Shown here: in pieces, positions 1-8,372 of the stretch
Numbering within the stretch: position 1 is the stretch's first letter
Layout: the number at the start of each line of letters is the position of its first letter
Source of the DNA: an uncultured Lachnospiraceae bacterium
GTDB taxonomy: Bacteria > Bacillota > Clostridia > Oscillospirales > CAG-272
NCBI GenBank assembly: GCA_964472845.1
Contig: CAYYND010000001.1
Coordinates: 5,427 to 63,653 of the forward strand
Length of the DNA stretch: 58,227 nucleotides
Reading direction: 5' to 3'
Notes under the pieces: generated by a model
Database searches by the model: none
Told to the model about the DNA's origin: nothing
The model's input: only the letters and a program-made list of their open reading frames with translations
Position numbers and translations under genes: made by a program

Positions 1-45
1 GTAGAGCGAATCCGCGCCGCTTATATCGGCGCGGATTCGCTCTAC
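1..45. repeat. Perfect 19-bp inverted repeat (arms 1-19 and 27-45, 7-nt loop) at the window edge. Probably a terminator or REP-like hairpin of an unseen upstream gene.
   Basis: gtagagcgaatccgcgccg and cggcgcggattcgctctac are exact reverse complements. No T-run follows on the + strand. Confidence 0.6.
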
Positions 46-95
46 CACGAGTTTGTAGGATGACAGATAATATACGAGCATAAGGAAATATAAAA

Positions 96-1385
96 ATGGC
101 TGAAAAAATATTATTTAAAAACGCACGGCTTGCAGACAATACCGTAACCGATGTGTGTGTCAACGGAGCGTATATAGATAAAGTGGGAGCTATGTCGCCC
201 GACGCGGCGACGGATTGCGGGCGTGTGATAGATTGTAAGCAAAATCTGCTCATCCCGGGCTTCTATAACGCACACGGGCATATCGCTATGACACTTTTCA
301 GGGGCTACGGCGAGGGGCTTCCGCTTGACAGATGGCTGAGCGAAAAGATCTGGCCCGCAGAGGACAGAATGGATGCTCGCGTGGCTGAATGCGCCGCATA
401 CCTTTCCGCCGCGGAAATGATAAGAAACGGCACGGTGTCGGCTTCGGATATGTATATGTTCAGCTTCGAGATGGCACGTATTATGGGCGAGAGCGGTATG
501 AAGGCGAATATCTCGCGAGGCGTCGTCTCATTTGATCCGAACGAAGATCCCACAAAGTCCGTGCGTGTCAGAGATTCGATAGAGCTTTTTGAAAAATATA
601 ACGGTTTATATGACGGCAGGATAAAGATAGATCTCAGTATTCACGGGGAATATACCAACTGCGAGCCTATGTGCCGATACATTGCAGAGCTTGCAAGTAA
701 GTATCACACGGGAATTCAAGTGCATCTTTCGGAGACCGAGAAAGAGCACATCGAAGGCATCGGAAGGCGCGGTGTAACGCCCACCAAATTCTTCGAGGCG
801 TGCGGAGTGTTTGAAAATCGGACTGCCGCCTCCCACTGCGTTTGGGTGAGCGACTCGGATATAGATATACTTGCAAGGAATGGCGTTTTTGTCGTCCATA
901 ACCCGGTCAGCAATTTGAAGCTCGGAAGCGGTATTATGCCGCTCGATAAGATGCTTAAAAGCGGAATATGTGTCTGTCTCGGAACGGACGGTGCATCATC
1001 CAATAATTCGTTGAGCGTTCTTAAGGAGCTTCAATTTGCGGCAATTCTCCATAACGGTGTAAACAGACGCACGGATACGGTAAATGCTGCAGATATGCTT
1101 GCGCTTGCCACAAGAAACGGTGCTCTCTGCCAAGGGCGAGAGGATTGCGGGCTTATCGCGCCAGGGTATCGTGCCGATCTTGTTTTGATAGATCTTGATA
1201 CGCCTCATAATATTCCTTGTCACGATCCCATGTCGGCATTGTGCTATAATGCCGAAAACAGCGATGTGCTTATGACGGTTTCGGACGGCAGGGTGCTTTA
1301 CGAAAACGGCGAATACAAGACGCTTGACGTTGAAAAAATAAGATACGACGCGAGATCTGTTTTCGGAGAATTTTTTGCAAACTGA
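96..1385 (+). CDS. mtaD: 5-methylthioadenosine/S-adenosylhomocysteine deaminase (amidohydrolase superfamily)
   Basis: 429-aa ORF. PGFYNAHGHIAMTLFRGYGEGLPLDRWL (HxH metal motif region) and the overall layout are typical of MtaD. SD aaggaa lies upstream of the ATG. Confidence 0.85.
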   Translation: MAEKILFKNARLADNTVTDVCVNGAYIDKVGAMSPDAATDCGRVIDCKQNLLIPGFYNAHGHIAMTLFRGYGEGLPLDRWLSEKIWPAEDRMDARVAECAAYLSAAEMIRNGTVSASDMYMFSFEMARIMGESGMKANISRGVVSFDPNEDPTKSVRVRDSIELFEKYNGLYDGRIKIDLSIHGEYTNCEPMCRYIAELASKYHTGIQVHLSETEKEHIEGIGRRGVTPTKFFEACGVFENRTAASHCVWVSDSDIDILARNGVFVVHNPVSNLKLGSGIMPLDKMLKSGICVCLGTDGASSNNSLSVLKELQFAAILHNGVNRRTDTVNAADMLALATRNGALCQGREDCGLIAPGYRADLVLIDLDTPHNIPCHDPMSALCYNAENSDVLMTVSDGRVLYENGEYKTLDVEKIRYDARSVFGEFFAN

Positions 1386-1451
1386 CATACCGTCATTTAT
1401 CACCTCTCTGTCTGCATATACTGTATCAGTATTTTGTGGTACGGAGGTGGA

Positions 1452-3200
1452 ATGGTGTCGAATTTAAACAATAAGGAAGCGCACAAGACGAGCCTTATGG
1501 GCGGAGCGGCAACGATAGGTATGTCCGTTATAGTTGTAAAGATCATAGGATTACTTTATAAGATCCCGCTTATGAAGTATCTTGGCGCGGAGGGAATGGG
1601 GTATTTTAATTCTGCATACGAGGTATACCTGCTGTTTTGCGTTATAGCCACTGCGGGACTTCCGACCGCATTGTCCATACTTATCTCGCGTGCAAGAGTT
1701 GACGGCGATACGCAAGCCTCTCGGCTGACGGTATCGGCTATATATAAAAGATCCCTTATCTCATTTGCGTTTATAGGTGCGTTCGGAGCTGTGCTGCTTA
1801 CCGTGGCTTCGGGAGTATTTGCAGAGATCATAGGAAATTCCGGGGCGTCAAGATCGATATCGGCTATCGCACCTTCGATACTGTTTATTTGTGTTATAAG
1901 TGCGCTGAGGGGCTATTTTCAAGGGCACGGAGATATGAAGAGAACCGCTATCTCTCAAGTTATAGAGGCGGCGGCAAAACTTTTGCTCGGGCTTTCCTTT
2001 GCACTCGGAGCACTCAAACGTGGCAAGAGTCTTGAGGAGACGTCGGCTTTTGCCGTGCTCGGTATCACGGTGGGAACCGTGCTCTCGTGTGTATATCTGA
2101 TCATCTCGAAGATAGCGTTTGATCGCAAAGACCGCGCCTATGTGTCCGATACGATCCGAGAGCGGTCGGTAGCTTGTGCCGACGGGATCAGCTCCGACGG
2201 GATCGGAGTCGATGGTATCGGAGCCGAAAAGATCGGGCACGAGCTTTTGAGGATCGCTGTTCCGATAACGCTCGGCGCGGCGGTAACAAGCATAACAAGA
2301 CTGTTCGATACGGGGCTCATTATGCGCAGACTTCAGTCGATAGGATATCCCGAAAGCGTTGCAAACGCTATGTACGGAAGCTTTTCGACCTTAGCGTTGC
2401 CGTTTTCAAATCTGGCGCCCTCACTGATATCCGGAGTTGCATTGACGCTCGTGCCTTTACTTTCTTCTTCGGTAAAGCGAGGCGCTCTCAAAGAGCAAAA
2501 AAACATTCTCGAGGGTGCTTTCAGACTTACATTCATCTTCGCCGTGCCTGCCTCGTTCGGCATTTCGGCATTTTCAAAGCAGATACTGTCGATCATTTAC
2601 GGTGCTGAAACCGATGCTGTCGAAATATCCGCACCGCTTTTGTCGGTGCTTGGGATATCCGTGCTGTTTGCGTGCCTCATAACGACTTCAAACGCCGTAT
2701 TGCAAGCCTACGGGAAGGCATCAAAACCGATAATATCAACTCTTATCGGCGCGGCGGTCAAACTTGTCAGCGGATATATACTTATCGGAATACCGAGCAT
2801 TAATATTATGGGCGCACCGATAAGTACGCTTCTGTGCAATTTAGCCGTGCTGATGACGAATTATTACTACATATGCAGATACGCCAACGTATGTGAGTGT
2901 GTTGTACCGTCCGAGCGAATACTTGATTCGGCAATCAGAACTGCGGTCTCGGGGGCGGCAGCGGTCGGACTCTCTCTGCTTGTTTATACCGTGCTCAACG
3001 GCGTAACGCACAGCGTTACACTTTCAACGCTTGCGGCGATATTGGCGGCGGTGGCGGCGTACTTTTTCCTGATATTTGCGGTTTCGGCGGTCGCAAGAGA
3101 GGATATTCTTATGCTTCCGCTCGGAAATAAGCTTGCAAGGCTTTTACCCGACAAAAAGCGAAAAGCTAAGGCTTTGCCACGCGAAAAAGCCAAAATATAA
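1452..3200 (+). CDS. MOP-superfamily flippase (SpoVB/YabM/MurJ-like polysaccharide or lipid II exporter)
   Basis: Polytopic membrane ORF. The N-terminus GAATIGMSVIVVKIIGLLYKIPLMKYLGAEGMGYFNSAYEVY is typical of SpoVB/MurJ-type proteins. It occupies the yabM position of the Bacillus yabM..divIC cluster. I chose the ATG at 1452, behind ggaggtgg, over the TTG at 1434. Confidence 0.8.
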   Translation: MVSNLNNKEAHKTSLMGGAATIGMSVIVVKIIGLLYKIPLMKYLGAEGMGYFNSAYEVYLLFCVIATAGLPTALSILISRARVDGDTQASRLTVSAIYKRSLISFAFIGAFGAVLLTVASGVFAEIIGNSGASRSISAIAPSILFICVISALRGYFQGHGDMKRTAISQVIEAAAKLLLGLSFALGALKRGKSLEETSAFAVLGITVGTVLSCVYLIISKIAFDRKDRAYVSDTIRERSVACADGISSDGIGVDGIGAEKIGHELLRIAVPITLGAAVTSITRLFDTGLIMRRLQSIGYPESVANAMYGSFSTLALPFSNLAPSLISGVALTLVPLLSSSVKRGALKEQKNILEGAFRLTFIFAVPASFGISAFSKQILSIIYGAETDAVEISAPLLSVLGISVLFACLITTSNAVLQAYGKASKPIISTLIGAAVKLVSGYILIGIPSINIMGAPISTLLCNLAVLMTNYYYICRYANVCECVVPSERILDSAIRTAVSGAAAVGLSLLVYTVLNGVTHSVTLSTLAAILAAVAAYFFLIFAVSAVAREDILMLPLGNKLARLLPDKKRKAKALPREKAKI

Positions 3201-3269
3201 AATCAATAACGATCTTAAGGTGCCGAGTCGAAAAAATCGAGCTCGTTACGGAAAGGAACGGTCATAAAA

Positions 3270-3512
3270 ATGAGGATAGATAAATTTTTAAAGGTATCAA
3301 GAGTTATAAAGCGCCGTACCGTTGCAAACGACGCGTGCGACGCCGAGCATGTCTCCGTAAACGGCAGGCAGGTCAAAGCCTCTTATAACGTAAAAGAGGG
3401 CGACATCGTAGAGATAACCTTCGGTCAGAGAACGCTCAAGCTTCGGGTGCTTTGCGTAAAGGACAGCGTGGCAAAAAACGACGCCTCGTCTCTTTATGAG
3501 ATAATTCAGTGA
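3270..3512 (+). CDS. yabO: S4-domain RNA-binding protein (YabO/Hsp15-like)
   Basis: 80 aa. MRIDKFLKVSRVIKRRTVA...V.VNGR..K.S..VK.GD is the classic S4 motif. Synteny with yabP/yabQ/divIC supports the call. Confidence 0.85.
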   Translation: MRIDKFLKVSRVIKRRTVANDACDAEHVSVNGRQVKASYNVKEGDIVEITFGQRTLKLRVLCVKDSVAKNDASSLYEIIQ

Positions 3513-3895
3513 TCTTTTTCGCGGAAGGTTCTTTTCGCAGAACCCTTTTTGAAAAAAGGGTTCCGCACCTCCCAAAAACTTTAAAAGAACTTTTTGCTTT
3601 TTTTCTGTAAAGTTTTTTGGCTCCGCCTTTTTTTAAAAAGCGGAAAGATCTTTTCGCAGAACCCTTTTTGAAAAAAGGGTTCCGCACCTTCCAAAAACTT
3701 TAAAAGAACTTTTTGCTTTTTTTCTGTAAAGTTTTTTGGCTCCACCTTTTTTTAAAAAAGCGGAAAGATCTTTTCGCAGAACCCTTTCTGAAAAAAGGGT
3801 TCCGCACCTCCCAAAAACTTCAAAAGAACTTCTTGCTTTTTTTCTGTAAAGTTTTTTGGCTCCACCTTTTTTTCAAAAAAGGTGGAAAAATCTCC
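3513..3895. repeat. Tandem array of three ~120-bp units, each carrying two GC-clamped A/T palindromes. It starts directly at the yabO stop codon.
   Basis: The string cttttcgcagaaccc recurs at about 3531, 3650 and 3770. Units contain gaaccctttttgaaaaaagggttc and ggctcc(a/g)cctttttt..aaaaa(ag)gcgg/ggtgg hairpins. The last unit ends in ggctccacctttttttcaaaaaaggtggaaaaa. Confidence 0.9.
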
Positions 3896-4001
3896 AACAC
3901 AACCTATCTCCCTTTACACCATATTATGTAATATTTTATTTTCCAACGGCATATATTTTATAATGACAAAGTATAGTCAGTAAAAAGGAGGATATCTTGC
4001 C

Positions 4002-4322
4002 GTGTCGGAAAGTAATGCGTACAGAGATGCGAGGCAAAATAATATGTCGGAGGAGAAGCATCATTCATTTTCAATAACGGACAGAGCGCATATGGAAATA
4101 TCGGGAGTCATAGATGTGCTGAGCTTTGACGAGAATTCGGTGTCTCTTGTGACCGAACTCGGATCGCTTGAGATCGACGGCGACGGACTGCATATCTCCG
4201 TGCTTGATGTGGAAAAAAAGAAGGTAGTGCTTGATGGGAAAGTAGATTCGGTGTATTATGGTAATGACGCAGTCAAGAAGGACGGCTCGGATAAGGGCTT
4301 TTTCTCAAGGCTTTTACACTGA
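4002..4322 (+). CDS. yabP: sporulation protein YabP
   Basis: HSFSITDRAHMEISGVIDVLSFDENSVSLVTELGSLEIDGDGLHISVLDVEKKKVVLDGKVDSVYY matches the YabP family. GTG start behind aggagg. An ATG at 4044 is an alternative start. Confidence 0.85.
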   Translation: MSESNAYRDARQNNMSEEKHHSFSITDRAHMEISGVIDVLSFDENSVSLVTELGSLEIDGDGLHISVLDVEKKKVVLDGKVDSVYYGNDAVKKDGSDKGFFSRLLH

Positions 4323-4348
4323 GCTTGCGGATAGGACGGTAGACCGAA

Positions 4349-5086
4349 GTGGAGATATCACCTTATCTGCTTGCGAAGATGCTCGCATATTCCTTTCTGC
4401 TCGGGGCGGGGCTTGGCGTGCTGTACGATGCTTTCAGAATTTTCCGTATCCTCAGCGCGACGGGCAGTGTATCTGAATGTGACGGCAAAGGATACGATGG
4501 AGTTATGCTGAGCTTGCCGCCGCCCATGAGCGGCGTGTTCGGAAAAAAGCTAAAGCCGTTTTTTGTGCCCGCTTCGGGGTCAAGGAGTCGGGCGGGAAGC
4601 GTTATTTGCGGAATTCTTTTGTTTTTTGAGGACATACTGTTCTTTGCGGTTTGCGGTTGTGCGGTATCCGTTCTTATATACTATACCAATGACGGAAGAT
4701 TTCGCTTGATGGCGGTCGTCGGAGTATTCGTCGGATTTTTGCTTTACTACCTTACGGTGGGGCGACTCGTTTTGTCGGCGGCTCGTTTTATCTGCTTTGC
4801 GATACGCGCGGTGCTCACCTATTTAACGCTTGCGTTTGTGACCCCATTTGCGTATCTGTTAAAAGCCGTGCGGTACGCCGTGACTCGAACGGTAGGTAGG
4901 ATACGAGCCGTATACGTCAGAAAAAAGAATAAAAAATATGACAGATCGGTCAGAGATGCACTGAGGCTTGAAGCCGAGCGCGGCTTTTTGTATTTTGGTA
5001 TTACCGATAATTATGAGAATAAGAAAGTTAAGATCAAGGAGAAAAGAAAATGCGTAACCAAGAAAAAACAACATCAAAAAACGTAA
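4349..5086 (+). CDS. yabQ: spore cortex biosynthesis protein YabQ, with a long basic C-terminal extension
   Basis: The N-terminus YLLAKMLAYSFLLGAGLGVLYDAFRIFR is YabQ-like and the protein has several TM segments. Position after yabP supports the call. The start (GTG 4349) is uncertain. Confidence 0.7.
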   Translation: MEISPYLLAKMLAYSFLLGAGLGVLYDAFRIFRILSATGSVSECDGKGYDGVMLSLPPPMSGVFGKKLKPFFVPASGSRSRAGSVICGILLFFEDILFFAVCGCAVSVLIYYTNDGRFRLMAVVGVFVGFLLYYLTVGRLVLSAARFICFAIRAVLTYLTLAFVTPFAYLLKAVRYAVTRTVGRIRAVYVRKKNKKYDRSVRDALRLEAERGFLYFGITDNYENKKVKIKEKRKCVTKKKQHQKT

Positions 5087-5370
5087 GCTTATTGCTCATA
5101 GTACTCGCCACGGTCACCGTGGCAGTGGCAATTATTCTGCTCGTCTCGACTATGATGAAATATCAGGATCGTATGGAGCAGATAGATCAGCTCAGGGCTC
5201 AGAAGGACGCGCTTGAGAATAGGGTAGAGCAGCTTGAGGATGAGCTTGATGCTGCGGTAGATGACGATTACATAGCCTCGGTGGCGCACGACAAGCTCGG
5301 TATGTATTATCCCGACGAGGTCATCTACTACGATGGAGAGTCAAAGGAGACCGAAACAACATCCAAATAA
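5050..5370 (+). CDS. divIC: septum formation initiator family protein (DivIC/FtsB)
   Basis: One N-terminal TM helix, then the coiled coil QIDQLRAQKDALENRVEQLEDEL and the DYIASVAHDKLGMYYPDEVIYY tail. SD aaggag. It overlaps yabQ by 37 nt. Confidence 0.8.
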   Translation: MRNQEKTTSKNVSLLLIVLATVTVAVAIILLVSTMMKYQDRMEQIDQLRAQKDALENRVEQLEDELDAAVDDDYIASVAHDKLGMYYPDEVIYYDGESKETETTSK

Positions 5371-5376
5371 AAAACA

Positions 5377-5410
5377 ACGGATATCCTTGTGCGGGGTATC
5401 CGTTATTTTT
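5377..5410 (+). terminator. rho-independent terminator after divIC
   Basis: acggatatcc ... ggtatccgt stem followed by attttt. Confidence 0.7.
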
Positions 5411-5427
5411 GGCTGAGATATATTTTC

Positions 5428-5632
5428 TTGAGGCTCTGCCTCAAGCTCCGCAAATTGAAACCTCAAAAAGCTTCAAGCAATTTATTGGAGCTACTTTCGG
5501 CAAAGTTTTTGGAAGTCCCGGAAACACTTTTTCAAAAATAAGCGATGAATTTCTTGTTTGAAGTTTTTTGGCTCCACCTTTTTTCAAAAAAGGTGGAAAA
5601 TTTTCTTTCTGATGTGCCAAGCTGAGCCTCGC
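5428..5632. mobile_element. MITE-like member (about 205 bp) of the palindromic repeat family, between convergent divIC and the M18 peptidase gene
   Basis: It begins ttgaggctctgcctcaa and ends ctgagcctc (imperfect TIR). The interior is colinear with the element at 25312-25480 and includes ggctccaccttttttcaaaaaaggtggaaaa. Confidence 0.7.
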
Positions 5633-5638
5633 ATAGCG

Positions 5639-6940
5639 TCAAGCATCAAGACTGTATCCGTGACCGTCAAACACTATCTTTGTTTCGTAGAACTTTTTTG
5701 ATGCGTTTATAAGGTGCAGGGCGTCCTTTGTGCCCGCGGTCTCGTATGCGGAGTGCATAGAGAGCTGAGCGAGACCGATATCGACCGTGTTGAGCGAGAC
5801 CTTTGTGTTTGATATGCTTCCGAGCGTCGACCCACCGGGCATATCGGAACGGTTGTTGTAGGTCTGACAGGGAACATTGGCGGAACGGCATATTTCACCG
5901 AAGATAGCCGCCGAAAGCGCATCTGTCGTATATCTCTGGCTTGCGTTGTACTTTATAACTATGCCGCCGTTGAGCGCGGGGGCGTTCATACCGTCCGAAA
6001 GCTCGGGATGATTTGGGTGCTTTGCGTGTCCGTTATCGGCAGATACCATAAACGACGAGGGAAGCATACGGCAAAGCTTAGTATCGTAATGCGCCGCTAT
6101 CCTTGTAAGCACATCGAAAAGGAAGGTGGACGCCGCGCCCTGTTTGGACTCGCTTCCCGTTTCCTCGTTGTCAAACGAGCACCATACAGGAACACATCTC
6201 GCACTTTCCGCTCCGACAAATCCCATAAGAGTCGAATACGCGCACATAAGGTTGTCTATTCTCGGAGATCCGAAAAATTCACCTTCGGCTCCCATAACGG
6301 CACCGGGAGTGCGGCAGTAAAGATAAAGGTCTGCGCTGATGAGATCTTTGCGTTCAACGCCTGCGGATTCGGCAACCAGATCATAGATGCTCCTCTCGCC
6401 CTCACATTTGAAGAGCGGCAGTGTATCCGTTGCGGGATTGTATTTGTAGCCGTCATTCATCGCACGGTTCATATGAATGGCGACATTCGGGATTACGAGA
6501 AGATCTCTGTCAACATTTACGGTAACGGGAATGATCCTTCCGTCCTTGCGCACCACGGCTCTCCCGGCAACCGACAGGGGTCTGTCAAACCAAGAGGAGA
6601 TTATCATACCGCCGTATTTTTCTGTGTTGAGCCTTGTGTATGCTCCGCTTTCCGCCTCGCATTGACTTTTGAGCTTGAAGCTCGGTGAATCGGTATGGCT
6701 CGCGGTTATCATAAACGACTGCGCCTCTTCCGGGATCCTGAAGGCTATGATGCTCGACATATTTCTCGTAACGTAGTATTTTCCTCCGGATACGAGCTGC
6801 CACTCATCGCCCTCATTTAATTTTTTATAACCCTTACCCTTGAGCATCCTTGAGACACTTTCAACTGCGTGAAATGCCGTCGGCGATGACTCAATGAATG
6901 AAATAAGATCCTTTGTTGTATTTACGTAAATTGTATCCAT
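5639..6940 (-). CDS. M18 family aminopeptidase
   Basis: 433 aa. The N-terminal SPTAFHAV motif, the SHTDSP active-site region and overall length are typical of M18 aspartyl aminopeptidase-like enzymes. Confidence 0.8.
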   Translation of the reverse strand: MDTIYVNTTKDLISFIESSPTAFHAVESVSRMLKGKGYKKLNEGDEWQLVSGGKYYVTRNMSSIIAFRIPEEAQSFMITASHTDSPSFKLKSQCEAESGAYTRLNTEKYGGMIISSWFDRPLSVAGRAVVRKDGRIIPVTVNVDRDLLVIPNVAIHMNRAMNDGYKYNPATDTLPLFKCEGERSIYDLVAESAGVERKDLISADLYLYCRTPGAVMGAEGEFFGSPRIDNLMCAYSTLMGFVGAESARCVPVWCSFDNEETGSESKQGAASTFLFDVLTRIAAHYDTKLCRMLPSSFMVSADNGHAKHPNHPELSDGMNAPALNGGIVIKYNASQRYTTDALSAAIFGEICRSANVPCQTYNNRSDMPGGSTLGSISNTKVSLNTVDIGLAQLSMHSAYETAGTKDALHLINASKKFYETKIVFDGHGYSLDA

Positions 6941-6972
6941 TGTATATTCCTCGTTTTAATTTGCTTTAAGCT

Positions 6973-7671
6973 TTAATCTATGTAGGGATTTTCCTTCATC
7001 AGCGTCTTCATAGTCTTGATCGTGTGATTGATCTTTTTTGAATGGAATATCGACGACCCCGCAACGACTATGTTTGCCCCCGATGAGGAAACGAGCGCGA
7101 TATTATCGAGCCCTATACCGCCGTCGACTTCGATATCAAGCTCAATGCCACGCTCCCTTACGTACCTGCGCAAGGAATGAACCTTGTCAAGCGTCGCAAG
7201 TATAAGCTTCTGACCACCGAACCCCGGCTCGACCGTCATTACAAGTACCATATCTACCTCATCAAGGATCGGAAGCACGACATTCCAAGGCGTGTTAGGT
7301 GATATTGCAAGTCCTGCCTTGACATCTGCCTCCTTGATCTTCCTTATTACGGAATACGGATCGTCACAGCTCTCGTAATGCACGGTTATGATATCCGCTC
7401 CTGCTTTAATGAAATCGTCAATGTATCTTTCAGGATCCTTTATCATAAGGTGAACGTCAAATATCAGCGAGCTGTGCTTGCGAAGCGCGGAAATGATCGG
7501 CGCACCGAAGCTTATGTTCGGTACGAACATTCCGTCCATAACGTCAAGATGAAGATAGCCGGCGCCACCTTCCTCGACCTTGGCAACGTCCTCGGCAAGC
7601 CTTGAAAAATCCGCGGAGTATCGACGGTGATATATAATTCTGTAACATACTGAACATCTCCTCTGTATCAA
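6973..7671 (-). CDS. rpe: ribulose-phosphate 3-epimerase. The 5' end appears frameshifted (see findings).
   Basis: SADFSRLAEDV...GAGYLHLDVMDGMFVPNISFG...VHLMI...MTVEPGFGGQ...EVDGG are Rpe hallmarks. The first 17 aa of the TTG-initiated ORF look like an out-of-frame read through the real SD and ATG (7648). Confidence 0.8.
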   Translation of the reverse strand: MIQRRCSVCYRIIYHRRYSADFSRLAEDVAKVEEGGAGYLHLDVMDGMFVPNISFGAPIISALRKHSSLIFDVHLMIKDPERYIDDFIKAGADIITVHYESCDDPYSVIRKIKEADVKAGLAISPNTPWNVVLPILDEVDMVLVMTVEPGFGGQKLILATLDKVHSLRRYVRERGIELDIEVDGGIGLDNIALVSSSGANIVVAGSSIFHSKKINHTIKTMKTLMKENPYID

Positions 7672-7892
7672 TATTCAAAAATATTTTTTGACTTTTTTCT
7701 TCAATATATGATAAAAAATGCTAATCCCTGCATATAATGATATCGTAGTGATATTTTGTTTATCAAGGTTCGCATAAGCGCCTCGGGAAGGGAATTTGAT
7801 AATATCCGATAAATGTGCGGGGAAGTGGGAGAGTGTAGTCCCGAGGGCTTGTGCTTTATATATATATCGGCGTAAGAGATCTTATGCCGATC

Positions 7893-8372
7893 TTATTTTG
7901 ACTCAATAATGCACACCGCCTGTGCCGCGATTCCGAGTCGCTCGCCCGTAAATCCGAGCCCTTCTTCGGTCGTTGCTTTTACATTTACGCAGTCTACATC
8001 AACCGAAAGCGCTTCCGCTACGTTGCGGCGCATAGCCTCAATATATGGTGCAAGCTTGGGTGCTTGCGCGATCACGGTTATGTCGATATTCGATACACGA
8101 AATCCCTTTTCGGCTATTATCTCATCTACACGGCGCATAAGCATAAGGCTGTCGGCACCTTTGTAGTTCGGATCGCTGTCGGGAAACTGCCGTCCTATGT
8201 CGGGACACGCGGCGGCGCCGAGTATGGCATCCATAGCGGCGTGTGCGGCAACGTCGGCATCCGAATGACCGAGAAGCCCGTGCGAATGAGGTATCTCCAC
8301 GCCGCAAAGAATAAGCTTTCTTCCCGTAACAAGACGGTGTACGTCATATCCTGTTCCGATCCTTATTGCCAT
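7893..8372 (-). CDS. ispF: 2-C-methyl-D-erythritol 2,4-cyclodiphosphate synthase
   Basis: [41 protein letters not shown] is the canonical IspF N-terminus. The start overlaps the ispD stop (TAATG). The longer ORF to 8603 is an artefactual extension. Confidence 0.9.
   Translation of the reverse strand: MAIRIGTGYDVHRLVTGRKLILCGVEIPHSHGLLGHSDADVAAHAAMDAILGAAACPDIGRQFPDSDPNYKGADSLMLMRRVDEIIAEKGFRVSNIDITVIAQAPKLAPYIEAMRRNVAEALSVDVDCVNVKATTEEGLGFTGERLGIAAQAVCIIESK

Noticed and set aside
3513-3895. Possible CRISPR array (also considered for 19827-20180)
   Set aside because: The units are contiguous, with no unique spacers between them. The ~120-129-bp period is far longer than CRISPR repeats. No cas genes are present.
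3436-3931. ORFs 3436..3687(-), 3297..3575(-) and 3713..3931(+), which predict Phe/Lys-rich peptides
   Set aside because: They lie entirely in the tandem palindromic repeat. Their composition mirrors the A/T palindromes, they have no SD, and the same peptides appear on both strands.
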